DNA from: an uncultured Lachnospiraceae bacterium | GTDB lineage: Bacteria > Bacillota > Clostridia > Lachnospirales > Lachnospiraceae | NCBI GenBank assembly: GCA_944381575.1 | Contig: CALWLS010000003.1 | Coordinates: 128,760-192,759 of the forward strand | Direction of reading: 5' to 3' | Length of the DNA stretch: 64,000 nt | Shown: positions 49,906 through 59,039 of the stretch, one piece after another | Position numbering within the stretch: position 1 is the first letter of the stretch | How the letters are laid out: each line of letters opens with the position of its first letter | Notes under the pieces: model-generated | The model's database searches: none | What the model was told of the DNA's origin: nothing | The model's input: the letters and a program-made list of their open reading frames with translations, nothing else | Position numbers and translations under genes: made by a program

Positions 49906-50916
49906 ATGAAGGCTGAGATAGGAATACTTGGAGCGGGGACCTTCGGCATGGCTCTGGCGGCCATGCTGTCTAAAAACGGATCAGACGTATCGGTCTGGAC
50001 AAGACATTCTGAAAAACTTGATAAATATGCTTCGGAACGCATTTACCATAATCTTGACGATATGGTGATACCTGACGGGGTGGATTTCTGTAAATCCCTT
50101 GAGAGCGTATGCACTGGAAAGGATATACTGATATTTGCCATACCGTCCCTGTACGTGAGGGATGTGGCTGGAGAGGCTTCGGGTTTCATACCTGAGGGGC
50201 AGATAATAGTAAATGTCGGTAAGGGCATAGAGCCTGAGACCCTTCATACCCTCACTGAGGTCATAGAGGATGAGCTTTCCGCTGCGGGAAAGACCGTGAG
50301 GACCGTAGCCTTAAGCGGGCCTACCCATGCGGAGGAGGTGGCAAAGGGGCTTCCAAGCACCATAGTTTCAGCTTCAAATGATCCTGAGGCTGCTGTCCTT
50401 GTCCAGGACATAGTAATGAATTCCTCCATGAGGGTCTATACCAACAGCGACAAAAGAGGAGTGGAGCTCTGCGGGGCAATGAAAAATATAATGGCGCTGG
50501 CGGCAGGCATGTCCGCCGGGCTTGGATACGGGGATAACGCCAAGGCAGCCCTTATCACAAGAGGGCTTGCGGAAATAGCGAGACTGGGGCTTGCCATGGG
50601 CTGCAGGCTTGAGACCTTTGCGGGGCTTGCCGGAGTAGGAGACCTGATAGTGACCGCCACGAGCCTTAATTCAAGAAATAACCGGGCGGGAATGCTGATA
50701 GGAAAGGGAATGAAGGCCGAGGAGGCTGTAAAGGAGATAGGCATGGTGGTTGAAGGCATAAACGCCATTCCAGCTGCGCTTAAGCTTGCGCGCAAATATG
50801 ATATAGACATGCCGCTCACATTTGCGGTGGACGCCATTATCAATCACGGAGCCGACCCTAAGGAAACGGTAACCGGGCTTATGATGAGAGATAAAAAGGA
50901 CGAAACGGCAGTCTGA
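49906..50916 (+). CDS. gpsA: NAD(P)H-dependent glycerol-3-phosphate dehydrogenase
   Basis: 336 aa. Rossmann IGILGAGTFGMALA, ...GKGIE......, ...LSGP.HAEEV, ...KN..A.A.G...G.G.G.N..AAL.TRGL.E. Confidence 0.96.
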   Translation: MKAEIGILGAGTFGMALAAMLSKNGSDVSVWTRHSEKLDKYASERIYHNLDDMVIPDGVDFCKSLESVCTGKDILIFAIPSLYVRDVAGEASGFIPEGQIIVNVGKGIEPETLHTLTEVIEDELSAAGKTVRTVALSGPTHAEEVAKGLPSTIVSASNDPEAAVLVQDIVMNSSMRVYTNSDKRGVELCGAMKNIMALAAGMSAGLGYGDNAKAALITRGLAEIARLGLAMGCRLETFAGLAGVGDLIVTATSLNSRNNRAGMLIGKGMKAEEAVKEIGMVVEGINAIPAALKLARKYDIDMPLTFAVDAIINHGADPKETVTGLMMRDKKDETAV

Positions 50917-50951
50917 GCATCAGGCTGCCTTTTTATGCGGCAGGAAATGTA

Positions 50952-53669
50952 ATGAGAGCAGATAACATATGCATAGGACTTCTGGCCCATGTGGATGCCG
51001 GCAAGACCACGCTTTCCGAGAGCATACTGTATGATACGGGTGTGATAAGGAAGGCGGGGAGGGTAGACCATAAAAACAGCTTTCTTGATAACAACAGCGA
51101 GGAGCGTGCAAGGGGGATAACGATATTCTCCAAACAGGCTCTTTTTGAGCACGGTGGAAAACGCTTCACCATAGTCGATACTCCGGGCCATGCGGATTTT
51201 TCAGCGGAAACTGAAAGGGCCCTTTCGGTGCTGGACGCGGCGGTGCTCCTCATAAGCGCGCCTGAGGGTATACACGGCCACGACATAACCCTCTGGAGGC
51301 TGCTTAAGGCCTATGACGTGCCGGTAATAGTCTTTATAAATAAAATGGACCAGCAGGGAGCAGACAGAGTTTCGGTTATAAAGGCCCTTGAGGAAAGATT
51401 CGGTCCGGGCTTCGTGGATATGGACTCTGACAGCGGCAGATATGAGGAGGATATCGCAATGCTCAGCGAGACCGCGATGGAGGAATATCTTGAGACCGGC
51501 CGGGTGAGCGAAACAGAGACCGCAAGGCTCGTATCGGAAAGAAAGCTTTTTCCATGCGTTTCCGGCTCCGCCCTTAAAAATGAAGGAGTGGAAAGACTGC
51601 TTGATGTCTTGTCAGGCGTGCTTGATTATAAGGAATACCCGGATGAGTTCAGCGCGGTGGTGTTTAAGGTAACGAGGGAGGCAAAGGGCAGAAGGCTCTG
51701 CCACATCAAGATGACCGGAGGCAGCCTGAGGCCGAAGGACATTGTGCAGATAGGAGACACCTCTGAAAAAGCGGACGAGATAATAAGCATAAACGGACCT
51801 GAGAGGATAAGGCTCGATGAGGCTCATGCCGGCATGTGCGTGGCGGTGGCGGGACTTTCAGCCGCGGGAGCGGGGACTGTGCTTGGAAACGGGGCCTTTG
51901 AGGAAAGGAAAATGCTGGTCCCGCTTTTTAAGGCCGGGATAACGGCGGACGGCGTCGATATGCACAGCCTTTACCTGAAATTAAAGGACATAGAAGAGGA
52001 GATACCGGAATTTTCATTTTCCTATAATCCTGCTGCGGGATCGGTAAGCGTGAACCTGATGGGAGAGGTCCAGACAGACGTTTTAAGATCCATGGTAAAG
52101 GAACGCTTCGGACTGGATATAGGCTTTGGAAGCCCGGATATACTGTATAAGGAGACGGTGACAAGGCCCGTCATGGGATCGGGACATTATGAACCTCTCA
52201 GGCACTATGCCGAGGCCCATGTGCTGATAGAGCCTCTGGAGCCGGGAAGCGGCATAGAGGCGGCTTCGGATTTAAGCCGTGATGAGCTTTCCCCAAATTA
52301 TATAAGTCAGGCTCTTGACGCCATAAGGGAAAAACGGCATATCGGCACGCTCATTGGAGCGGAGCTTACCGATGTGAGGATCAGCCTTATAGGGGCAAGG
52401 GCCCATGACAAGCATACTGAGGGCGGAGATTTCAGGCAGGCCGTATGGCGTGCCATAAGGCAGGGTCTGATGAAGGCAAAGGCAGCAGGGGCCTGTCGCA
52501 TACTGGAACCCTGCTATCGATTTGAGATAGCCGTGCCCCGTAAGGATACCGGAAGACTTATGACAGATCTTTCAAGGATAGCCATCAGTTTTGAGGGTCC
52601 CGAAAGCTCCGGGGAAGAGGATGTGTTTATGGGCAGGGCGGCAGTGTCAAGGATGAACGGTTACCAGACGGTACTTAACGCCTATACCGGAGGCTTTGGA
52701 AGAATCTCCCTAAGCTTTGACGGTTACGGGAACTGCGAGGATGAGGAAAAGCTGATATCGAAAAGCTCATATGATCCCGAGGAGGACATCGATAACCAGC
52801 CGGGATCCGTTTTCTGTTCCCATGGGGCAGGCTATTATGTGCCATGGTATGAAGCCGGCGACATGATGCATGTGGACATATCAGAGGCCGAAAAACGATA
52901 CGGCCTGACATCTGAAGATCCTGATGAGAGCGATGCCGAAAATGCCGGGACATTTAAGTATCCTGCTGCCGGAGATATTTCCGCAAAGCCTGCCGGAAGA
53001 AGGGCGCAGGATAACGATGAGCTCATGGGCGGAGGCATCCTCAGGGATAAGGAGCTTGAGGAGATATTTAAAAGCACCCTTGGAAGAAATATCAATAAAG
53101 CGAAGTCCGAAAAAAGGGAAAGGGATCTTTTTAAAAAGGCGCCAGGGGAAGCAAAAAACGGACGGGAAGCATTGAAGGCATCAAAGCCGAGGGAAAAATA
53201 CCTTATAGTGGACGGCTACAATATAATATTCGCCTGGCCGGAGCTTAAGGCAATGTCAAAGATCAATCTTGATTCCGCGAAGGAAAAGCTTGCGGACATA
53301 CTGTCAAATTATCAGGGATTTGCCGGGATCACGGTTATACTGGTATTCGACGCCTATAAAGTCAGCGGAGGCCAGGGCTTAGAGGAAAAATACCATAACA
53401 TTTATGTGGTGCATACAAAAGAGGGACAAACGGCGGATGCCTACATAGAAAAGACCGTACATGAAAAAGCCGGTGAGGCCCTGATAACCGTAGCGACAAA
53501 CGACAGGCTTGAACAGACCATAGTATTCGGCGACGGAGCCCAGAGGATGTCGGCGTCAGAGCTTTATGAGCTGATGAGGGATACCTCAAAAAAAATCGAG
53601 GATATCATTTCCTCCACCGGAGAAAGACTTGGCAACAGGCCCGATATCCCGGAAATAAGAATAAAGTAA
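50952..53669 (+). CDS. fusion protein: TetM/EF-G-like translation-factor GTPase (aa ~1-650), low-complexity linker, and a Rae1/YacP-type NYN endoribonuclease domain (aa ~749-880)
   Basis: G motifs AHVDAGKT, RGITI, DTPGH, NKMD, GSALK, with domains II-V collinear with TetM. The C-terminus KYLIVDGYNIIFAWPELK...VILVFDAYKV...KEGQTADAYIE...ITVATNDRLEQTIVFGDGAQRMSASEL is collinear with B. subtilis YacP/Rae1. Confidence 0.85.
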   Translation: MRADNICIGLLAHVDAGKTTLSESILYDTGVIRKAGRVDHKNSFLDNNSEERARGITIFSKQALFEHGGKRFTIVDTPGHADFSAETERALSVLDAAVLLISAPEGIHGHDITLWRLLKAYDVPVIVFINKMDQQGADRVSVIKALEERFGPGFVDMDSDSGRYEEDIAMLSETAMEEYLETGRVSETETARLVSERKLFPCVSGSALKNEGVERLLDVLSGVLDYKEYPDEFSAVVFKVTREAKGRRLCHIKMTGGSLRPKDIVQIGDTSEKADEIISINGPERIRLDEAHAGMCVAVAGLSAAGAGTVLGNGAFEERKMLVPLFKAGITADGVDMHSLYLKLKDIEEEIPEFSFSYNPAAGSVSVNLMGEVQTDVLRSMVKERFGLDIGFGSPDILYKETVTRPVMGSGHYEPLRHYAEAHVLIEPLEPGSGIEAASDLSRDELSPNYISQALDAIREKRHIGTLIGAELTDVRISLIGARAHDKHTEGGDFRQAVWRAIRQGLMKAKAAGACRILEPCYRFEIAVPRKDTGRLMTDLSRIAISFEGPESSGEEDVFMGRAAVSRMNGYQTVLNAYTGGFGRISLSFDGYGNCEDEEKLISKSSYDPEEDIDNQPGSVFCSHGAGYYVPWYEAGDMMHVDISEAEKRYGLTSEDPDESDAENAGTFKYPAAGDISAKPAGRRAQDNDELMGGGILRDKELEEIFKSTLGRNINKAKSEKRERDLFKKAPGEAKNGREALKASKPREKYLIVDGYNIIFAWPELKAMSKINLDSAKEKLADILSNYQGFAGITVILVFDAYKVSGGQGLEEKYHNIYVVHTKEGQTADAYIEKTVHEKAGEALITVATNDRLEQTIVFGDGAQRMSASELYELMRDTSKKIEDIISSTGERLGNRPDIPEIRIK

Positions 53670-53732
53670 AATACAAACACTCTCATTTATGATATAATCA
53701 CATAATAATGTGTTAAAAAGAGGTGCCCTGAA

Positions 53733-54440
53733 ATGAGCAGAAACAGAAGAGTAATGCTGAAGCTTTCGGGAGAGGCTCTGGCAGGAGATAAAAAATACGG
53801 CTTTGACCTTGATACGGTCATGGACGTGGCTAAGGAAGTTAAGGAAGCCTATGACAACGGAGTGGAGATAGCCGTGGTCATAGGAGGAGGCAATTTCTGG
53901 AGAGGCCGTACGGGAGGAGAGATCGACAGGGTCAAATCCGACCAGATAGGCATGATGGCCACGGTAATGAACTGCCTGTACGTTTCAGAGGTATTCCGTA
54001 CCTGCGGTATGGACACGGCCATATTCGGTGCCTTTGAGATACCGGGAATGATGCCTGTATTTGAAAAGGACGCAGTGGTCAGGGCTCTTACGGACAGAAA
54101 GGTAGTCTTTTTTGCCGGAGGCACGGGACACCCGTATTTTTCAACGGACAGCGGTACGGCTTTAAGGGCGATAGAGATTGAAGCAGACATCATACTGCTG
54201 GCAAAGGCTGTGGACGGGGTTTATGATTCAGACCCTAAATCCAATCCTGATGCGGTAAGATATGACCGCATATCCATAAGCGAGGTGGTGGAAAAGCAGC
54301 TGCAGGTGATAGACCTTACGGCCTCGGTGCTCTGCAAGGAAAACCACATGCCTCTCGGGGTATTCTCCCTCAACGAAAAGGACAGCATAGCGGAGGCGTT
54401 AAAAGGAAATATCAACGGTACCATAGTTACCGCTGAATGA
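53733..54440 (+). CDS. pyrH: UMP kinase
   Basis: 235 aa. R..LKLSGEAL.G....G.D, ..V.GGGN..RG, ...F..GTG.P.F.TD..A.LRA.E. Confidence 0.97.
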   Translation: MSRNRRVMLKLSGEALAGDKKYGFDLDTVMDVAKEVKEAYDNGVEIAVVIGGGNFWRGRTGGEIDRVKSDQIGMMATVMNCLYVSEVFRTCGMDTAIFGAFEIPGMMPVFEKDAVVRALTDRKVVFFAGGTGHPYFSTDSGTALRAIEIEADIILLAKAVDGVYDSDPKSNPDAVRYDRISISEVVEKQLQVIDLTASVLCKENHMPLGVFSLNEKDSIAEALKGNINGTIVTAE

Positions 54441-54472
54441 TAAAACAATAAATATAATCAAGGAGAAAGATC

Positions 54473-55027
54473 ATGGCAGAGGAACTTAAGATATACGAAG
54501 AGAAGATGCAGAAATCCATTGACAATCTTCAGGAGAACTTCCAGAGCATAAGGGCTGGCCGCGCTAATCCGCACATCCTTGACAAGATAAAGGTGGATTA
54601 TTACGGCACTATGACTCCGCTTCAGCAGGTGGGAAATATCTCCATACCTGAGGCGCGCATCATTCAGATCGCTCCGTGGGAGAAGAAGATGATAAAGGAG
54701 ATCGAGAAGGCCATCAACATGTCTGACATAGGCATCAACCCTACCAACGACGGTTCCACCATAAGGCTGGTGTTCCCTGAGCTCAATGAGGAGAGACGTA
54801 AGGAGCTTGCTAAGCAGATAAAGAAATACGCCGAGGAAGCCAAGGTGGCCGTAAGGAACATAAGGCGCGACGCCATGGACGCCATCAAGAAGCTTGAAAA
54901 GGACGGCGAGTACACCGAGGACGATGTTAAGCAGGCTGAAAAGGACATGCAGAAGGTGACAGACAAGGCTGTAGAGGACATCGACAAGATGTGCGAAGTA
55001 AAGACCAAGGATATAATGACTATCTAA
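54473..55027 (+). CDS. frr: ribosome recycling factor
   Basis: 184 aa. ...L...F..IR.GRANP..LD.I.VDYYG..TPL.Q...I..PE.R...I.PW. Confidence 0.97.
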   Translation: MAEELKIYEEKMQKSIDNLQENFQSIRAGRANPHILDKIKVDYYGTMTPLQQVGNISIPEARIIQIAPWEKKMIKEIEKAINMSDIGINPTNDGSTIRLVFPELNEERRKELAKQIKKYAEEAKVAVRNIRRDAMDAIKKLEKDGEYTEDDVKQAEKDMQKVTDKAVEDIDKMCEVKTKDIMTI

Positions 55028-55046
55028 GGACTTTGGTTTCAGGGAT

Positions 55047-55796
55047 ATGGATAATATAGGACTTAATATCCCGCAGTCGGTCGGGATCATAATGGACGGC
55101 AACGGAAGGTGGGCGAAAAAACGCGGCCTTCCGCGCACCATGGGACATAAGGCTGGCTGCGACGCGATAGAAAAACTTCTGCCGGAGGCAGGAAAAATAG
55201 GGATAAAATATCTTACCGTCTACGCATTTTCCACGGAGAACTGGAAGCGTTCAAAGGATGAGGTAGACGGGCTGATGCAGTTATTCAGATATTATGCCAT
55301 GAGGCTCTTAAAGGCAGCCAAAGAGGGTAATGTCAGGATACGCATGATAGGGGACAGGAGACGTTTCCCGAAGGATATCATCGAGTCCATAAATAAGCTT
55401 GAGGCTGAGACTGTTTCAAATACCGGCCTCACGTTTATCGTGGCCGCAAACTACGGCGGAAGAGACGAGATAAGGCGTGCTGCCATGAAGCTTGCCATCG
55501 ATTATAAGGAAGGCAGGATAGACGAAAGCTTTATAGCAGAGGCTTCGGAACGGTATCATGAGGGAGAGCTTACCGAGGAGGGATTTGCGGCTTATCTGGA
55601 TACGGCAGGCATACCGGACCCGGATCTCATAATACGCACCTCAGGGGAGCTGAGATTAAGCAATTTCCTTACCTGGCAGTCGGCATATTCGGAGATAGTG
55701 GTGACCGATACGCTCTGGCCGGATTTTGACAGGGAGGAGCTTTTAAACTGTATCAGGCAGTACAATCAGAGAAGCAGGAGATTCGGAGGAGTATAA
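55047..55796 (+). CDS. uppS: isoprenyl transferase (undecaprenyl diphosphate synthase)
   Basis: 249 aa. IIMDGNGRWAKKRGLPR..GH..G, ...LT.YAFSTENWKR...EV, ...RTSGE.R.SNFL.WQ..YSE. Confidence 0.97.
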   Translation: MDNIGLNIPQSVGIIMDGNGRWAKKRGLPRTMGHKAGCDAIEKLLPEAGKIGIKYLTVYAFSTENWKRSKDEVDGLMQLFRYYAMRLLKAAKEGNVRIRMIGDRRRFPKDIIESINKLEAETVSNTGLTFIVAANYGGRDEIRRAAMKLAIDYKEGRIDESFIAEASERYHEGELTEEGFAAYLDTAGIPDPDLIIRTSGELRLSNFLTWQSAYSEIVVTDTLWPDFDREELLNCIRQYNQRSRRFGGV

Positions 55797-56606
55797 TTGT
55801 TCCTTAAAAGACTCGTAAGCGGCGTATTACTGCTTATAGCCGCCGTAGCGCTTCTGTACTACGGGAACGTGCCCTTACTCATAGCCATGGCCGGGATATC
55901 GCTCATCGGCCAGAGAGAGCTGTACAGGGCCATAGGCATAGACCATAAGGGCATAGCTGCCATAGGCTATGCCATGACTGCCGTTTACTATACATTATTA
56001 CATTTTCAGGGCAGGGAATATGTTGCGGAGATGATGGTAGGAGCGCTGGTGGTGTTCATGACCGCCTACGTAATAACATTTCCCGAGTATAAGACCGAGG
56101 AGATAAGCGGCGCGTTTTTCGGCATGTGCTACGTGTCCGTCCTCATGAGCTATGTGTACCTCACACGCATGTATGTGGACGGGATATATACGGTATGGCT
56201 CATACTGTTAAGCTCCTGGGGCTGCGATACCTTAGCTTACTGCACGGGGATGCTTCTCGGCAGGCATAAGATGGTGCCGAAGCTCAGCCCTAAAAAAAGC
56301 TGGGAGGGAGCTGTCGGAGGAGTACTTGGAGCGGCTCTCTTAGGACTGATATACGGATTTCTCTTCAGGAACCGCATGACGGAGATAATGAATCCTCTTT
56401 TAAGCTGTTCCGTGGCCTGCGCCATAGGAGCCGTGATATCCATGATAGGAGATCTTGCGGCCTCAGCCATCAAGAGGAATCACGGCATAAAGGATTTTGG
56501 AAGCTGTATCCCGGGACACGGCGGCATACTGGACAGGTTCGATTCGGTGCTTTTTACGGCGCCGGCCATATTTTACGCCCTGCTGTTGGTAGGAAGGTTC
56601 ACATAA
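55797..56606 (+). CDS. cdsA: phosphatidate cytidylyltransferase
   Basis: 269 aa, multi-TM, TTG start after a GGAGGAG SD. Signature SP.KS.EG..GG......., ...GD...S..KR..G.KD.G..IPGHGG.LDR.DS. Confidence 0.93.
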   Translation: MFLKRLVSGVLLLIAAVALLYYGNVPLLIAMAGISLIGQRELYRAIGIDHKGIAAIGYAMTAVYYTLLHFQGREYVAEMMVGALVVFMTAYVITFPEYKTEEISGAFFGMCYVSVLMSYVYLTRMYVDGIYTVWLILLSSWGCDTLAYCTGMLLGRHKMVPKLSPKKSWEGAVGGVLGAALLGLIYGFLFRNRMTEIMNPLLSCSVACAIGAVISMIGDLAASAIKRNHGIKDFGSCIPGHGGILDRFDSVLFTAPAIFYALLLVGRFT

Positions 56607-56616
56607 GGTAGATAAC

Positions 56617-57786
56617 ATGGATCTTTGCGTGCTTGGAAGTACAGGCTCAATAGGAAAACAGACTCTTGATATAGTAAGATCGGATGAGGATATCAGGGTC
56701 CGTGGCCTTGCGGCACTTAAAAATATTGATTTGATTGAAGAGCAGATCGAGGAGTTTGATCCGGAGATCTGCTGTATTTTTGATGAAGAAAAGGCCCATG
56801 AACTGGCTGAAAGGCTTAAGGCAAAGCGTGATAAGCACTTAAGGATGCCAAAGATAGTCAGCGGCATGGACGGACTCATCGAGTGCGCTGTGTGGGAAAA
56901 TACTGATACGGTCCTTGTAAGCCTTGTGGGCATGATAGGCATCCTGCCTACCATAGAGGCAATAAAAGCCGGCAAGGATATCTGCCAGGCTAATAAGGAG
57001 CCCATAGTATGCGCCGGTCATATAATAATGCCCCTCGCCAAAAAGTACGGGGTAAGCTTTACTCCGGTGGACTCAGAGCATTCGGCCATATATCAGTGCC
57101 TGCTGGGAGAAGAGGGCAACCGGATAGATAAGATATACCTTACCTGCTCTGGAGGACCCTTCAGGGGCAGAAAAATTGAGGAGCTTAAAAACATCACACC
57201 GGCGGACGCCCTTAAGCATCCGAGCTGGAACATGGGAGCCAAGATTACCATTGATTCCTCTACACTTGTAAATAAGGGGCTGGAGGTAATAGAGGCCCAT
57301 TATCTTTTCGGAGTTCCGGCGGAGGATATAATAGTTGCGGTACAGCCGGGTTCGATAGTACACTCCATGGTTCAGTTTGAGGACGGCGCCATAAAGGCTC
57401 AGCTCGGGGCAGCGGACATGAGGGTGCCAATAGCCTTTGCCTTAAGAAAGGGCAGGAGGGCCGGCTTTATCGGAGAGAAAAAGCTCAGCCTTGCCGATCT
57501 GAGAAAAATAGAATTTCTTGAGCCGGATCTTGAGACCTTTAAGGGCTTAAGGCTCGGTATTGAGGCCTGCAGGGCTGAGGGTACCATGACTACGGTCTAC
57601 AACGCGGCAAATGAAGAATGCGTTTCGGCATTTTTAAGCGGGAGGATAGGCTATACGGATATTGCGGACAGTATTGAAGCCTGCATGGCGGCCCATAAGA
57701 ATATAAGCTCGCCGGGGCTTAAGGAGATATTTGAGGCCGAAAAAGAAGCAAGAGAGTTTATAAGGGAATACTGCCGTTATGCTTAG
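56617..57786 (+). CDS. dxr: 1-deoxy-D-xylulose 5-phosphate reductoisomerase
   Basis: 389 aa. ..VLGSTGSIG.QTLD.V, ...ANKE..V..G.........PVDSEHSAI.QCL, ...HP.W.MG.KIT.DS.T..NKGLE.IEA. Confidence 0.96.
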   Translation: MDLCVLGSTGSIGKQTLDIVRSDEDIRVRGLAALKNIDLIEEQIEEFDPEICCIFDEEKAHELAERLKAKRDKHLRMPKIVSGMDGLIECAVWENTDTVLVSLVGMIGILPTIEAIKAGKDICQANKEPIVCAGHIIMPLAKKYGVSFTPVDSEHSAIYQCLLGEEGNRIDKIYLTCSGGPFRGRKIEELKNITPADALKHPSWNMGAKITIDSSTLVNKGLEVIEAHYLFGVPAEDIIVAVQPGSIVHSMVQFEDGAIKAQLGAADMRVPIAFALRKGRRAGFIGEKKLSLADLRKIEFLEPDLETFKGLRLGIEACRAEGTMTTVYNAANEECVSAFLSGRIGYTDIADSIEACMAAHKNISSPGLKEIFEAEKEAREFIREYCRYA

Positions 57787-58999
57787 TCTTATAATATCGA
57801 TAATAGCTCTCGGACTTATCGTCACCTTCCACGAATTCGGCCATTTTATAGTGGCAAGGGCCTTTAAGGTCGGCGTTGTGGAGTTTTCCTTAGGCATGGG
57901 GCCGAGGATAGCTTCATTGGTAAAGGGCGGGACCAGATACTCCATAAGGGCCGTGCCCTTTGGCGGTTCATGCCTCATGCTCGGAGAGGAAATGGACGAA
58001 TCGGAGGCGGCGGACGCCGGCGGCAGCGGTATAAATTACGGAGCCGTAACGAACGGCACACTAAATAAATCTGACATATACGTATCGGATGAAAACATAC
58101 TGGTGGACGGAAGGCTGTATGGAAAGGACGAACAGTTCGTCAGTAAAAAGGCCTGGCAGAGATTTCTGATAATAGCCGCAGGACCGGTGTTTAACTTTAT
58201 ATTAGCCTTTGTATTTGCCCTTATCATAACCCTTAACTACGGCTATGACAGGCCTGTGGTAATGAGTGCGGAACCCGGCATGCCGGCTGCAGAGGCGGGG
58301 CTTTCAGAGGGCGACACAATAACCGGCTTCAGGATGATGGATGAACCGGGAGTCAGTGATACAGGAAGGTACTTCAGTGTCGATACCTCCAGGGACATAC
58401 AGCTTTTCATGATCGTAAATGAAAGAGCCATAGCTGATGGACAGGACATAGCCGTAAGATTTAAGGATGCCTCGGATGGAAATACTGAAAAAACATCGGT
58501 GATGAAGGCTCAGTATGATGAGGCCTCAGGACGGTATGTCATAGGCATTTCCTATAACGCCGGCTATGGCAGGGCCGAGACCATAGGAGAGGTGCTGTAC
58601 TTTAGCCTCTACGACGTCAGATACTGTATCAGGGCTTCGGTCCTTTCAATAAAAATGATAGCGGAGGGTTCGGTAAACAGAGCTGACGTAATGGGACCGG
58701 TAAGGATGGTTGCCACTATGGATGAGACGGTGGAAACTGCTTCCGGATACGGTGTCGTCACTGCGGTCATGACACTGTTAAACATAATGGTGCTCATATC
58801 AGGTTCCCTTGGAGCCATGAACCTGCTGCCGCTGCCTGCCCTTGACGGAGGAAGGCTTGTATTTATTGCCATAGAGATCATACTGAGGAAGCCGGTGCCT
58901 AAAAATGTAGAAGCCATGATACACATGGCGGGCATGCTGCTTCTGCTTCTGCTCATGGTATTTATATTATTTAACGATGTGAGCCTGCTGATAAACTGA
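57779..58999 (+). CDS. rseP: RIP metalloprotease RseP (site-2 protease, M50 family)
   Basis: 406 aa. HEFGHF zinc motif, PDZ-like centre (PAAEAGL.EGD.I), C-terminal NLLP.PALDGG. Confidence 0.92.
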   Translation: MLSLIISIIALGLIVTFHEFGHFIVARAFKVGVVEFSLGMGPRIASLVKGGTRYSIRAVPFGGSCLMLGEEMDESEAADAGGSGINYGAVTNGTLNKSDIYVSDENILVDGRLYGKDEQFVSKKAWQRFLIIAAGPVFNFILAFVFALIITLNYGYDRPVVMSAEPGMPAAEAGLSEGDTITGFRMMDEPGVSDTGRYFSVDTSRDIQLFMIVNERAIADGQDIAVRFKDASDGNTEKTSVMKAQYDEASGRYVIGISYNAGYGRAETIGEVLYFSLYDVRYCIRASVLSIKMIAEGSVNRADVMGPVRMVATMDETVETASGYGVVTAVMTLLNIMVLISGSLGAMNLLPLPALDGGRLVFIAIEIILRKPVPKNVEAMIHMAGMLLLLLLMVFILFNDVSLLIN

Positions 59000-59039
59000 T
59001 CGACAGTCCGGCGGCTTAAAAAGGGGGATATCTGAAACT

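Noticed and set aside
50952-52900. Calling the TetM-like GTPase an acquired tetracycline-resistance determinant on a mobile element
   Set aside because: No transposase, integrase, conjugation genes or compositional break flank it. It sits between gpsA and pyrH in a core context and has an extra NYN domain. Similarity to ribosomal protection proteins alone does not establish resistance.
54458-55141. 227-aa minus-strand ORF covering all of frr
   Set aside because: frr is unambiguous on the + strand. The antisense frame stays open only because of the Lys/Glu/Asp-rich codon usage of frr.
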